Below are positions 34,712 to 48,509 of a DNA stretch of 64,000 nt, piece after piece. Location: the NCBI GenBank assembly GCA_965113315.1, contig OZ220368.1; one strand, given 5' to 3'. The notes below the pieces were generated by a model. The model had not been told where the DNA came from. It saw only the letters and a list, made by a program, of their open reading frames with translations, and searched no databases. The stretch's first letter is position 1, and every line of letters starts with the position of its first letter. The position numbers and the translations under genes are program-made. This DNA comes from Podarcis vaucheri (Eukaryota).

Positions 34712-35070
34712 TATGCCTTCCATACATGAGAGTTGAAATTGACTAAAAAGTGGAAAGCCTTTGCTTGAATTGAATGTTTGCCAACACATACTTTTTAGAA
34801 ATGAATAGGACAGAAGCTACATTTTATGCCCTGTTGTGAGGATTTTCAATTGTTTTGAAACTATTTTGTAATTAAATTAATGAAGTCTTCAGTGGGCCCC
34901 CCCTGCCAGCCCCCTTCCCCACAACAATTAAAAGCTGCCTGCATATAGCAAATTAGCCACTGGGCAAAGGGCAGTCCTTTTCCCCTGGTAGTTTGCTCCA
35001 TGGCCTTTTCAAAAATTGCTAATATGGGAAGAGCATTAATAGGCTCTCCCCTGCAGTCTGCATTGGTACA

Positions 35071-35392
35071 GTGCAGAATTCTACAACAGTGGATGTAATA
35101 GATGGAATGGCTCCCTGCGAGCACTGCAGTTGGAGAGCAGCCTCGACCAAAGGCATCAACGATTTTGAAGCACGAACTCGGGATGAAAGGGAGAAACGAG
35201 CTAAGAGGAAGGCACGTTTGGCAAATCCTCACCGCTATCAACTCCTACCCGGAAACCTATGTCCCCACTGTAGAAAGATGTGCAGATCCAGAATTGGCCT
35301 CCACAGTCGTCTATGGACACACTGTTAAGCCCATATTCATGGAAGACAATCTTCGTCGGCTGCAAGTGATTGCCAAGGAAGAAGACGACAAC
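35071..35392 (+). mobile_element. RTE-clade LINE 3' fragment
   Basis: The ORF ends CPHCRKMCRSRIGLHSRLWTHC*, a decayed RTE C-terminal zinc finger, followed by a short UTR and a (gaa)n-like tail. Confidence 0.75.
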
Positions 35393-37797
35393 ACTGGATG
35401 TAATATATGAGATGACTCCATGAGAAAGGTATGATGCCTGACACTTGAATCACTGATTTGCCTGTTGGATGTTTCTACTGTGTAAGTTCTTTTGGAAATG
35501 CAAACAGGGATGGTTCTCCCCTCACTATCCACCAATTTCTTTTGAACATGGGATCACTGCCAAAATCCCCTCTTCTGTAAAGGGACTTTGTCCTCCAGCT
35601 GAGTCTCTCCTAATTCTGAGATCCAATAAGTATTCCTATTAAGAAAAATGCACTTATGTAAATAACAGGAAAACAGAGAACAGCTGGGTCTTTCAGCTAG
35701 TTTCTTTAATAAGGAGACGCATATCATTACAAAATAACAGTTTAACAATAGAGACAGAAACGGTCCACATGAGGACAGGAAAGGGAGCATTAAAAGCAGC
35801 TTCCTGCAGAGAGGGGTGGGGGTGGGGGTTGGAGGTCAGTGCTGCAGAGCTCAGGCTGCACCAGAAATGGTGGGAATGAAGTGGGGCCAAGAAATGAGTT
35901 GGTTCAGGACGTTTGTATGTGACAGAGGGCCTGGCTGGAAGAGAAGGCAAAGGAAGCAAAAACCTTGCCTCAGAATATCAAAGGTCTGAAGCCTTTCTCT
36001 AGCCTTTTTCGGATGTGTAGGTGTGTATCACCTAGGCCACCTCTTGAGTTTACGTTCTGTATATCTGCCACTCCTCAAATGGACTTGCCAACTTTTCAAA
36101 CCTTGAAGTGCTGCCTTTAACAATCCCACTTTGCCACATTGCACTATACACCTGCATGAAGGATAGCAGATTTTAGCAGCCTGCTGTGACCTGGGTCATC
36201 ATGTCCAAATCTGTACTCCATACATCCATAACGTTCCTGCTACCTGCCGCTTTTTTGATGTTATCCTGCAGTTTTATAGCGCTGGTGATAAGCTGAGATA
36301 AAGCCCAGTTCGCACCATATTGGGTGGGGGTTTTTTGCCAAGCTCATTCACAACACACACCTCATGGAGTGGTGCTATGGCCAGAAAACTTGGATCAACC
36401 ATCGCTTGGAACAGAGGCTTTTTCAAAAAGTAGTCCTATAATTCCTTTCAGAACTGGGTGTTACAGAAGTAGCTTAAAGGGCCCAGCAATCTCATTGCTT
36501 GAGGATGCCACCATTTTCCTTTTCCCCCACAGACAGCCCCTTGTTCAGACAAAACCTCACTGGCAGTAAACACACAATGGGAAATCCTTGACCAGATAAG
36601 ATTCCTGTGAAGCCCTGCCATGTATCGATGGGCCATGTTCAGACTTTTAACTGCAAGTTGGGGGTTCAGGGCCAATGCAGGTGTGCCCCTTCCTGTTCTG
36701 CTAAACATGCATTCAAAGAAGATGTGAAAGTTTTGCCTAAAACAGGGTCGCTGTCTGGCCTAGCTTGAAATAAACTATCCCACTTCCTATTCTCCTCCCC
36801 AAGGTGAGGACTACTCCCTTTGAATCCTTCCCACCCACTACCCAAAACTTCCTCTGGGCATGGTGTCATCCAGCCACTACTGGACTTAGGTGGCTAAGAC
36901 TGATGGAGTTGGGAGTCTGAAAACACCCAGAGGGTCTCCTGCTCTAGATGAACACATCATGCTGATACAGGAACTATAGACCTTGCCCATGCCTGCCCAC
37001 TGCTCCAATTGTGGTTTTAAAAACTCCAATTGTGGTTTTTAAGAAAAACTATTGGCTTATCTGGTAGCAGTTGAGGTGGCTAAGAACCATTGAAATTTCC
37101 CATAATGCTATGTTGGGTGTTCCAGGGCATCATGGGAAAGTATTAACAGTGGTCTTCCCAGATCCATCCACTGCCACCGGATAAGCCTTCAACTGGGGAA
37201 GATGGGTGGACAAGAGGGTTAAAAGAGACACCAGGGTGTTTTGATCCCTGAATGGCTGCCTCAAATGCTGAAGCTAATCCTGACTGTTGAGCAAGAGAGA
37301 ACGTCAGAACGATGTTATTCGCAGCCAGTGTCGAAAGGCCTATACTTGACGGCTTTCCTTCAGAGCTCCAACCCAAAGTGAAGCCACAGCCTCCAAGCTG
37401 GGTCTCTGTCATACACAAACGTCCCCAGGAATAACGTAAGACATGGACGGCACAATAGACAAAGACAGAGGCGGGGAAACATTAGCGAGGGAGAGGAGAG
37501 ACTGGGGATCACCTGTCAGCCAATCCCAGTTTCAGGATCCTGGCAGCCTGTGATCTAATATGGCTTCTAAATTTGCTTCAACAGTGAAATGCTTCAGCAC
37601 GACACAGAACATTGAAGCGGCAATGTTGCTGCTACTAGGACATGGTAAAAATGCAACAAGTTACAGTTTTGTAAATATAGATTACAACACACTGATGAAA
37701 TCCACTGCCATATTGTTGGTGTTGTATCCCCCACCCCACCCCATACAACGCTTCTATGAATATTTTTTTAAATGGATCAGGCATGCTTTGTTGCTTT

Positions 37798-37825
37798 TTT
37801 ATTAAAAAAATTATTACTTTTTATT
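37798..37825 (-). terminator. Probable SYT2 poly(A) signals
   Basis: TTTATT on + at 37798-37803 and 37820-37825 (AATAAA on -) within AT-rich UTR-end sequence. Confidence 0.6.
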
Positions 37826-38605
37826 GAAAATAAACTTACATTGTTACAACCACTCTCTCTTATTTATTTTTTTTACAGTCCCCTCCCCCCATCTTATTAG
37901 GTAAAATAAGTTCATTCACACCACATTTTAAAAATAACTCTGTAGCCTGACTGTATTCTAGAAAATGGGCAATGACACACATGGTCTATGGGTTCTGCTC
38001 TTTGCATGCTGCTGCTACTTACATACGGGCTAGGCATCATGCATTGCTTACAAGAGGGTTTCGTTTATGTTAATAGATCTCTATATCATTTTATATATAA
38101 GTACACACAAATGATGGGATTTGGATGAGGCTCAGATGGCTTGAGTTGGTTCACTTTTTCTCCCCCTTTATAGAAAAAGAAATTAAAACCAAAATACTGT
38201 GTATTAAAGTTACAGCTCCCCCATTTTAAACTGTAGAAGTTGGAGACACCATTCATTAATGGCTGTGTGTTCTGACCTGGTTCTTAGTGCTAATATTTCC
38301 ACATCATTGGTTTCAAAGAGGACACCCTGGATCGTTTATCAGCAGGGGAAGATTAACAGAACTAGGTTTGTGTGGCGATGTTGCCGTTTTGCAGTGCAGT
38401 CCGATCCTTTTTGCTTGCAAAAATTCAAATTCTTCAAACATATTTGTTCTAATTCAGTAAGATTAATCTATGCCCATAACCACTATTGATATAGAGGCAT
38501 CTTCAATGCACCTGAGCCCTCGCAAACTGTCTACATGCCTCTTGAAATATCAATAGATATATGCATCCACATATGCACAGTATCTTATTATGGGGCTATA
38601 GATTA

Positions 38606-38970
38606 AAGGTAAAGGTAAAGGTACCCCTGCCCGAACGGGCCAGTCTTGACAGACTCTGGGGTTTGTGCGCCCATCTCACTCAAGAGGCCGGGGGCCAGCG
38701 CTGTCCGGAGACACTTCCGGGTCACGTGGCCAGCGTGACAAAGCTGCATCTGGCGAGCCAGCGCAGCACACAGAACGCCGTTTACCTTCCCGCTGGTAAG
38801 CGGTACCTATTTATCTACTTGCACCCGGGGGTGCTTTCGAACTGCTAGGTTGGCAGGCGCTGGGACCGAGCAGCGGGAGCGCACCCCGCCGCGGGGATTC
38901 GAACCGCCGACCTTTCGATCAGCAAGCCCTAGGCGCTGAGGCTTTTACCCACAGCGCCACCCACGTCCCC
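38606..38970 (-). mobile_element. Sauria SINE, full length, young
   Basis: Reverse tRNA head and (aaaggt)3 tail, CpG-rich. Perfect 13-bp TSD gggctatagatta at 38593-38605 and 38971-38983. Confidence 0.95.
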
Positions 38971-41900
38971 GGGCTATAGATTACTTTGTATCTTACTGCC
39001 ATCTGTTTACGTAGACATCACCTTTATAGCCACATGTGAATTGGCAATATAAATGCTAACTCAAGGTAAATTTAAGCTATGAGCTGGATCCAGACTTCCC
39101 ATAAGCAGAATTCCATTTAAGACTGCAGGAGCCCAGGATGACTTCACCCTGAAAAGCTCTTCCAGAGGACATGGAAGATGGGGAATGGTGAAATTGCCCC
39201 AATTCCTTTCAGCAAGAGCCTCTGCTGGATTCCAGTCCTTTCCATTCACAAAAAAAGCAGCTCTCTATCCAACCTTATGAATTTTGCAGCCATCACATGA
39301 TTGTCAATGAGGCAATTTGGAGTGCCACATACGGTAGATTCTGCCACCCACACCCACACGGACCCCTTTCTTTAGTGTGAATTAAGAACCGATAAGCCTC
39401 AAGTGACACTGTTTAGAAGCATGAATTGCCAATCCAGGGAAGGAAGTGACGTTTGCAAGCTTTACATAACACATCACACAGTTGCAAATCAACAAAATTT
39501 ATATTATGGCATATATTTGTTTGCACCATAATAAATGTATTGGGCTTTAAAGGTGAAACAAGACTCTTTGCTGCTCTCGTTGCAACAGACTTAACAGGGC
39601 TTCTGCACTAGAAACAGTTATAAATGTTAGTATTTTGCAGATCAAAGCAAAGTAATCCCACCAAACGGTGGCGGGTCTGGGAGAGAACTGGCATCAGGTT
39701 CTACAGCTGTAGGTAAGAGGAGGCAAAAAAAGCATAACCTGGGGAGATAATCAGCACTGTAATTCACTGTAACAAAATAATACAAATTGGTTTGGCAGCC
39801 TTTATCCAAATGTATAGATGCCTGCAGTGACCAGGAACTGTACACAAAGACTGGCACACTGGCACAAATGTGCGCGCACCCATAGATTCCAGTGCTCACC
39901 CACTATTGAAGAAAGCAGGACATTGCAGAACCTCATGAGAATCTCTGAGGGATGAAGAGCTCATTATTCCACCATGCTTACAACCTGCAAAGGCACCTTT
40001 TGATCTTTGTGGACAGAAACATGTGATCCTTCCCTCTGCTATTGGGACTTCCTGGCACTACAGTGGTGCTGTTGCGATGGCATCTGATTAGGGATGGTGC
40101 CATGTCTAGGTTAAGAAGAAGAATCTCATGGACAGATTCAGAACTCCACAAGGACACCCTTCTGCAAGGATGCCTTAAAACCCTATCTTTGCCAGTGGCA
40201 GCATTAAAAGCTAAGAGAGGCACAAATTTTATCTACCCTTAATCGGGAACAAATTTAATGTACCCTTTAATTGGGATGGACATATTTGTTTTTTTTAAAA
40301 AAGAACAAACCAGTACCAAAGCTATCTTTTCAGAGATGCTGCAGTGATTTTTTCCCCTTCTGATTAAGCATAGGCACTATTGCATATGGTCCTGCAGGTC
40401 TGATTAATAAATAAACCCAAGTCTCACTTCATGGGGCTTAGGAGCACAACCCACAGGTGGTGATACCATGGTAGCAATGTGCAGATAGAACAGGGCTGCA
40501 ATTGTAGCTTTTTAGGTTTGATTAAGGAAACTTGCAGGGAAGCATGCGGAAGACCTTTAAAGAGTCCCTCCCATTTCTTTTCTTCACATTTCTAGAGCAT
40601 TTTTAAGCAGCTGGTGATGGCTCTCCCTTTCCATCTCTGTAGTAAAGTTGGTGAGGAAGGAAAAAGAAGCAGAGCCAAGCCTCAAAGTGCATTAACATCA
40701 AGGTATTTACTCACCCCTACAACCAAAGTGGTTTAACTCTGCCTGTACATGAATGATCCTGGGATTTCTACTTGCAATGGCCCATTTGGGCAGGAACCAC
40801 CTATTTTTAAGGCCTAGTTTCTGGGCTGTACCATTTGAGATTGAAAGGGGAAGATCACACAATGGAATGCTCCTCCGTACAAACAAACCAACAAACCTAT
40901 CCTATGCAGGAAAGGAGATGCCTTCTGTCATGCTAGTTTTCTACACGGCAGGATTCTTGTTTCGTTTTTGTATATGGAGGAACATTCAGTTCTCATCTGC
41001 GGGCTGGAATGGCACAAAACAGAGACAGTTACTGCCACCCAGCTAGACCTGAGGCCTAATCCTAGCTAGCTAGCTGAAAAACAAAGAATTCAAAGAAACC
41101 TACAACCCATGGGAGGTCAGCGTACAACACCCAAGAACCCTATGCTTTGTCTGCATTAGCCAAGCTGTTCTTTCAAGCTCAGAATTCCTTACAGGTGGCA
41201 AAGGCTGACAGGCAGCTCAGAACATTAAAGCCAATATTGGTACTTAAGTCTTGCCTTGGTGGCCAGAATAGGAAGGGAGACATTATTGCCACAGAGGCTG
41301 CTGAAGCACAGGGAGGGACTGCCTTATTCTGCATGCTCAGAACACCACCAGTGCGCTCTCTCTGTCTATTCCTACAAACACAAAAGTATAAGTCGCTATT
41401 TGGCTGTGCAGCCAAAATATTAAAATGATCATGGTAAGCAGGACTGATTTGGTCCCAGCTAAGCCAATGAAGAAGCTTGCACAAGAGATCTTCCTTGGCT
41501 AAATATTTTGCCCTCACAGGACAGTTTTTTGAGGCCTTTTGCTCCATGAATCTGCAGCTTGTATAAAGCCTGAGCCTTGCTCAACCATCTTCATGGCTAG
41601 AATCTGTTTTCCCCCTATCAGCACCAAAAGGTCCGAGGACCACCATGGTGACTAAATGGAACACAACCAAGGCAAACATTAAAGCGTCAGGCCCGCATTC
41701 ACCGCTGTATTCTTTAGATGATGAGCTTGAACTGAGCAGGACTGATGGTCCTTCAGTAAAACAGAGGCCTGGGAGTGGTGCCAGTGTCTACATCCTTCCT
41801 GTTCCAACAACCTGAACAGGGAGTCAATACGTCCAAGACATTGGTATCTGGTGCAACAAATGAAACAGGAAGGCCCTTCAGGGATCAGTGCAAACACTAG

Positions 41901-42304
41901 GTAGCAAAGATAATATGGCTTATCCCTCTGGGATCAGCAAAGAAACCATAAATGTTTTTGGCAGCCGGACAATACTATATAGAACAGGAGATGCTGCTGC
42001 CTTTGGTGCATCTTTGGTCCTTAGGTTGGAATGGATTCACTTTCCCTCTAAACTCGAACATGCACAATGCTCCCTCTACTAGCCAAGAGTGACGTTGCGG
42101 GGGCGGGAGGGGGGGGGAGAAGGCTCCTAGCCGAAAGCTGCTTCAACTCTCCTAATTGAGAAATTAGATAAATTAATCTAAGATCAATACAGCATTCTGT
42201 AGGCCTTTGGGCAAATCTGCTTGTCCTACCTGCTCTTCCCATCTAGCAGATCATCAGAGTATTAGAAAAACACAGGTACTTCCCATACGCCTTTGGCCCT
42301 TAAG

Positions 42305-42480
42305 ATGTTAGGAATGTAGGAAACTGTCTTATACTGAGTCAGGCCACCTATCCCAGTGCTGTCTACTCGGATGGGCAGTGGCTCTCAAACAGGACATTCC
42401 CAGTGATACTTGAGGGCATAATGGATGGAACCTGGGATCTTTTTGCATACAATGCTTGTGCCTTACCACTGGCATATGGA
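42305..42480 (-). mobile_element. Decayed tRNA-derived squamate SINE (Squam3-like)
   Basis: taggaa...cttatactgagtcag reversed tail and gaacctggga...accact reversed head. The family name is from memory. Confidence 0.5.
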
Positions 42481-43544
42481 CGCAAATTAACCTTCCTGCT
42501 AAATATCTCTACAGTGCAAGGCAGGATGAGAACTGTATGCAAACCAACCCAGGGCTGCCGTTTTCTTCAGGTCTCAAAGCTGCATTGAAGTTCTTGCTAC
42601 AGTTTTCCACTATGCACCCAGTTTAACACCACTATCTAGAAGTTGACTTACCTGCAGGGCTGGGCCTTCTAATTTCCACATGGCAAGGCTACTAGCATAA
42701 ATATCCCATGGTGCTGTCCTTCAAAAACAAAGTGTGTTTTATGCTCTGCCCTGCACTTAAGACAGAAGAGTGGCAACTCACAAGTGTAGTTATTGCACCC
42801 CAATAATCTCCTAGTACCACTCCACTGTTCTACTCAAGAACTGAAAACTATAAGGGAGCAGAAGACTATTACCTAGATAATACAGGGCAATTAGTATTAG
42901 GTAATTTGTATGCTCAAAACCACACTCCCCTCACCAAAGAGACTTAAGCCACCAGCTATCCACATAATCAGGGATGTTCCAGTGCCAGAGTTGCTCCTTG
43001 TTCTCTCTGCTAGGTGGCCAATGGCTGAAGGCCACAAATCTCGAAGTGTGAGGATGCTCGTATGGTTCCCAAGAGCACCACTTCGTGCACCTTGCTGTCT
43101 TCCAAAGCAAGCACAGTGTATCTGGTCAACTCACATTGTCAGGCTCTGGTATCATCCAAGCACGGTATTCAAAGGTCCAATTTAAGGAAGAAGATCCCAA
43201 AGCGAGTAAAAGCAAAGCTTGCTTTGTGCTGCTATTCATGGTGGCCTTGGGGAGAAACCCAAGTACGAAGCTTGCTTTGCGCTCAAAGAGAACGACACAG
43301 AGAGACGATGGAACATGCAGCAGACAAAACTACTTTGAAGAATGCGAAAGGAACAGCTGTGTCTTTAAACCTTTCCCCTCTGGATGCTCTCGAGTTCATC
43401 CAGAATCCCTCTACAGCCATCAAAGAAAGGGTATTGCAGCTTAGAAAACAGAACGGAACAGAAACCAAATGTTGCCTAACTGAGGTATTGATAGCTCTGG
43501 ATCACTTTGAATGTTCAGAAGGTGATGCTGGGGTATGGAGCTGC

Positions 43545-43751
43545 CTATTTGTTTTTCCCAAGAGCTGCATCCACCTCCTCTTCAGGCTTCAGGGAATGCC
43601 ACTGGGCAATGGGGCGGCGTGGGTTGGCCAGCATGTCAGACCAGTGCCTTAGCTCCGTGCCAGTGGATTTGTTGCCGACAAATACTTTGCCAATGGCTTC
43701 ATTCTTCCCCAGCTTGTCATAATCCAGCACAGTAATCACAACTTGCACTTT
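43545..43751 (-). CDS. SYT2: Synaptotagmin-2 last coding exon (C2B end), [21 protein letters not shown]...[12 protein letters not shown]
   Basis: ccag acceptor. The [18 protein letters not shown] terminus is SYT2-type. Confidence 0.97.
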   Translation of the reverse strand, partial: KVQVVITVLDYDKLGKNEAIGKVFVGNKSTGTELRHWSDMLANPRRPIAQWHSLKPEEEVDAALGKNK

Positions 43752-45227
43752 CTGGATGGGAGGCAAGAAAAGAGAAATTATTATTATGGTATACTATTTC
43801 CGCTTGAAGTTCAGTAGGTGCTCAGTTGATCTTTTTTTTTAAAAAAAAAAAAGGCTGGAAATGATAGTTGCTGGTTTGTTCCCACATGTCGGGTTTTAGG
43901 AGCAATGAGATTGTTCTGGGATTAATGGGCAAGGAGCAGAGGATCACAACAGGGTGACAATCTCATTGGGGGGAAAATCCTGATCAGAAATAGCATGTAT
44001 TTTTGGTTGAACAAGAGCTTGCTGCAAAGATGAGATGATGCACGCAAAATTTGATGCATGTGATTTGTATGTGACTAGGGCTGCAATGTTTAAATCACTG
44101 GATTGCTCAGATTGAATTTTTACAGTGCAATCTTATGCTTGCCTTCTCAGAAGGAAGCCCCATTGAGTTCAATGAAACTTGTTCCCAGGCAAGTGCTTAT
44201 AGGACCGAAGCCTTAATCCACTCAAAAGAATTGTTTGTAACTGGAAATATTGATTTTAAAAACTCTCTTATATGAGGAAAAGCCTCTAAAAAAGTATCTG
44301 CTACCACATGTGCCTGCATTATATAAAAACAAAACAAAAAAGTACACTTATTCTGTCAGATTTTAACTGATAAATTTGATGGAAGCATGTACAATGCATC
44401 AGCTGAGGCTGCAATCCTATATACACTCATGTGGGGTCAACTCCATGAGGCTTACATCCAAGTAGGCATACCTAGCATTGCACTGTGAGCTACACCTGCA
44501 GCTTGAAGTGACCCAGACCAGGTTAAAAGCTTTAACAATGGATTCTGCAGAATGCTCCCTGGATGCAGCTACAGCGAGCTAGTTACTATGCATCATTTAC
44601 ACAAGTGATTATATGTTAATAGGACTCTACATCATTTTATGGATAAGTACACAGAAATTATGGGATTTGGACAAGGCTCGGATGGCTTGAGATGGTTCAT
44701 TCCCCCCCCCCTTTGTAAAATCCCTAAACTCATTACTAGGCATTAACATAAAAGCATGCTATTTTAAACAGTTCACGTGGGTAATGCTATTATAGAATGG
44801 CTATGTAATCTAATTCTGCTGTGTGTCTTACTATCATTAGATTTGAAAGGGGGCCCTATGGATCAGGAATGGCCGACTTCTGTATTCACAAGAGCTATCC
44901 TATTCCCCTATCCCTGGTTCAGCCACTGCACTGTCGTCGCCCCCCCCCCAACTACAATCCCTTCCACAAGTGGTTGGGCACCACAAAGCCACAAGAGCTC
45001 CACCAAAGCAGTGGTGTACAGGCAACACAGCAAAAGATATTAAATCCAAAATCTCTCAGTGTCAGAACATCTTTAAAATCATATCTTGACTGAAATGTGG
45101 CTTGCAGGAAGACACAAAAACAGCTTGTGGGTTCAGTATGGTTCAGATGGCACCAGCTAAACAATCATCACCTAAACTGATGATAGAAGAAACGGAATCG
45201 GAATCAGGTAGGGATGTGGCACAGGAC

Positions 45228-45575
45228 TACAAGGACTGCCTGTCTCCATATAAACCCACTCAGACCCTGCAATCACCATCTGAGGCCCTTCTTCGTGTGC
45301 CTCCTCCACGAGAGGTCCAGAGGGTGGCAACACAAGAGCAGGCCTTTTCTGCAGTGGCTCCCCATCTGTGGAATGCTTTTCTCAGAGAGATTCGCCTGGT
45401 GCCTTCATTACACACCTTTAGGCACCAGGCAAAAAATGTTCCTTTTTAACCAGGCCTTTAACTGACATCTTTAACTGACCTTTTGAATATGTTGTGGGAT
45501 TATTGGTTTGCTTTTGTTCTTTTTATTATATGTTTTGTTCTTTTTTAATGTTGTTAACCACCCTGAGATCTATGG
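45228..45575 (+). mobile_element. L2 LINE 3' fragment
   Basis: ORF2 end QAFSAVAPHLWNAFLREIRLVPSLHTFRHQAK followed by a T-rich 3' UTR. Confidence 0.8.
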
Positions 45576-45779
45576 AGGACTTAATTTTGACACAACAAAG
45601 AGGGCAGCTGTAGCTCATGCTTCCTTCTCCTTTATTCTATATAGTGTCTGGACCGAATGCGCAAAATGTCCACAACCTAGCTCTGGTTGCAGACACTGAA
45701 ACTGCACTCTGGCAGGCTTCTGGTTGTTCTTTACAACATTTGTGTCCTGTGATGGGAAACAATGAACTGAGTGCTGGTG

Positions 45780-46000
45780 CAGCAATTACGAGTGTTGGGT
45801 GAGGGTGAGGGAGACTTGGGTTCAAATCCTCATTCATCCATGAAGCTCACACTGTGTCCTCGGGTGGGTTGCTGTATCTCAGCCTCACTTACCACAAAGT
45901 GTTGCTGTGGGGATAAAAGGGGGAGGGGGAATCATGCATGATGCCTTTATCTCTTCAGACGAAAAGGGGAGATATAAATGTAGTAAATAAATAAAATAAA
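45780..46000 (+). mobile_element. CORE/MIR-like tRNA SINE
   Basis: B box gggttcaaatcc, tctcagcct core, tataaat...aaataaataaa tail. Confidence 0.6.
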
Positions 46001-46349
46001 TGCAGTACAAAACATGTCCCTCGTCAGAGAATGGTTGGACCAGGCAGGCCTGGACTTGTTAAAAAAACGCCTAACTTAAATCAAATCTTTTACAGGATTC
46101 ACCCTGTACAAAACTCACCAGGCTTTTTAAAGCTTATCCCTTGAGAACATTCCCCTTCCATTGCCAACAGGGAGGAAATGAGGCTAGACTATTCAGAGAT
46201 TTGGCCCATGCACTTTGAGAGCCCAACATAAGATCCCATGGTACAGGTAAGATGGCAGAGGACTTTATCAGCCCAGGGATGAGCTCAGTGACCTGGGAGC
46301 CCTTTGCATGGCCCTCCCCCAAACTCCCTCAAGTGAGAAGCAGGCGAAC

Positions 46350-46483
46350 CTGTATCTGCTCAAAGGGAATTTCAAAGCTGAACGACTCGTTGAAATAGGG
46401 GTTCAGAGTCTTCTTCTTGACGGTGGTCTTCTTCTTCTTGAGCCTCTTCCCATTCTGCAGCAGGTGGATCTTCACATAGGGAT
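46350..46483 (-). CDS. SYT2: SYT2 exon (C2B polybasic), [45 protein letters not shown]
   Basis: AG/GT boundaries, 134 nt, phase consistent with neighbours. Confidence 0.97.
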
Positions 46484-46755
46484 CTGAAAAGCAAGGCTAA
46501 GCAGTTCAGACTTTGCAGGCAGCTAACACACACTGAAAGGAAACCTCAAGGGGAAACAGCTAGGAATCAGCCATGCTGCACAGAGGAACAGGGCAGACAG
46601 AGATGCCATTAACTTTTTGCTCCATAATCCGGAATCATTGGTTGTTTAGAGCCACTTATGCAGGATGCATTTCCTATGGATCCTCCGCCTCTTCCCAGAG
46701 AGTCCTTATCTCTTTTGTAAAAGCTCAAGATACCCACCGACTTGGGATAAGAGGA

Positions 46756-47085
46756 TTATAAAATATATAAAAGGATGTCACATAGAGGAGGGAGAAAGGT
46801 TGTTTTCTGCTGCTCCAGAGAAGCGGACACGGAGCAATGGATCCAAACTACAAGAAAGAAGATTCCACCTAAACATTAGGAAGAACTTCCTGACAGTAAG
46901 AGCTGTTCAACAGTGGAATTTGCTGCCAAGGAGTGTGGTGGAGTCTCCTCCTTTGGAGGTCTTTAAGCAGAGGCTTGACAACCATATGTCAGGAGTGCTC
47001 TGATGGTGTTTCCTGCTTGGCAGGGGGTTGGACTCAATGGCCCTTGTGGTCTCTTCCAACTCTATGATTCTATGATTCTATGATT
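46756..47085 (+). mobile_element. CR1 LINE, 5'-truncated, young
   Basis: ORF2 end KYIKGCH...RTRSNGSKL...RKNFLTVRAVQQWNLLP...FKQRLD, then a short UTR and an (attctatg)n tail. Confidence 0.92.
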
Positions 47086-47114
47086 AGACAAATGCATGGA
47101 GCACAAGGCTACTA

Positions 47115-47285
47115 GCAATGATGGCTGCGCTCTACTTCCACCGTGTGGAATTGCAAGTGGGGAAAGGGCTTTCCTCAGCTCAGGGGATGCTTGTGGGCTT
47201 CCCATAGGCATCTGGTTTGCCACTGTGAGAACAGGATGCTGGACTAAATGAGCCTTTGGTCTGACCCAGCAGGTTTTCCTCACGT
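47115..47285 (+). mobile_element. Dispersed squamate repeat (LINE 3'-end-like) fragment
   Basis: ggcatctgg...ccactgtgagaacaggatgctggact recurs at ~55530-55625 and ~55940-56024. Confidence 0.5.
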
Positions 47286-47778
47286 CCTGGGGCAGCATAA
47301 GGCTGGCTCATGCTTCTCTAGTGGAATGGCTGACATCTCAAGATTGAAATGGCCACAGTCCCATGCAGGAGGCTGGAGGAAGCAACTTTCCATACCAGTA
47401 CAACTCTCCCTTTTGGGGTGGGTGGGTCAAGAAGCCATAGATATAAATGGTCACAGCCATATGGGAAGCTGCCCAATGCTCACAACACATGTTTCATTTT
47501 CAAGTAGCATCCATGCAGCTGGTGTCACTCAGACTTAAGCAATGTGAGACCAAGGACACCCCCCCCCAAAAAAAAAAAGAACTATGAGACCTTAGGGTGA
47601 AGGGCAGGTAAAAAAAATACCAAATCAAAATAAAGTAATTAAGAGGAAGAATATAGAGGAAGAAGCAGCATTTTGGCAGGTGTGGGTTATACATTCATAT
47701 TACAAAGCAATGAAAGTAAGAACTACTTTATGCCTCAATGTGCAAAAAGCCCAGAAAATCCTTCAGCCCTGGCTCCTA

Positions 47779-47973
<195 letters not shown>

Positions 47974-48509
47974 CTACTCAGTGCCAATAAAAGTTCAGAG
48001 TCCTAAGGCGGAAGTCATGGCATAACGCAACTGCCCTGTTCACACTGTGCTATGAAGGTGCTGCCCCTTCTTACCGTCTAGTAGACAGATAATTTGAATG
48101 TTGCCCTGTCACTGCAACTCTGGCCACCATCGCCTCCTCCAGCCAGGAAAGCAAAGGACCTGGTGTCAGGAGCAGGAGAAGCATCTGACACCTTCCTTAC
48201 GTTGTCTGTCACATGCTGAAAATGCCCCTCTTTATCCTGGCCTTTGACATTTGAGATATATACTTTAAGGACCATCCTATTCGCTTGACCGTAATTTGTT
48301 TCTAACTTATTTTAATATTGCATTTATAAATTGCTTTATAAAGTCACCCTGGGACTTCATGGTGAAGGGTGGGTGAGAAACTGAATAAATAACAGCGAGA
48401 TTATTCCATATTTTGGTACGCTTATACACAGGCATTAATACTAAAACCAGAGGAACAACGGACAATACATTCAAAGTACAATGAGCTGTCTTTATGCATT
48501 TTTAGTTAT

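Larger units (their letters stand above)
37780..43544 (-). other. SYT2: SYT2 long 3' UTR (inferred extent)
   Basis: Runs from the stop codon to the poly(A) signal cluster. The end point is inferred. Confidence 0.55.

Noticed and set aside
41618-41650. REST/RE1-like half sites (also at ~23163 and ~42710)
   Set aside because: Half sites only, or wrong spacing relative to TTCAGCACCnnGGACAG.
43062-43652. 196-aa + strand ORF overlapping the SYT2 end
   Set aside because: It is antisense to the last exon/UTR, with no recognisable homology.
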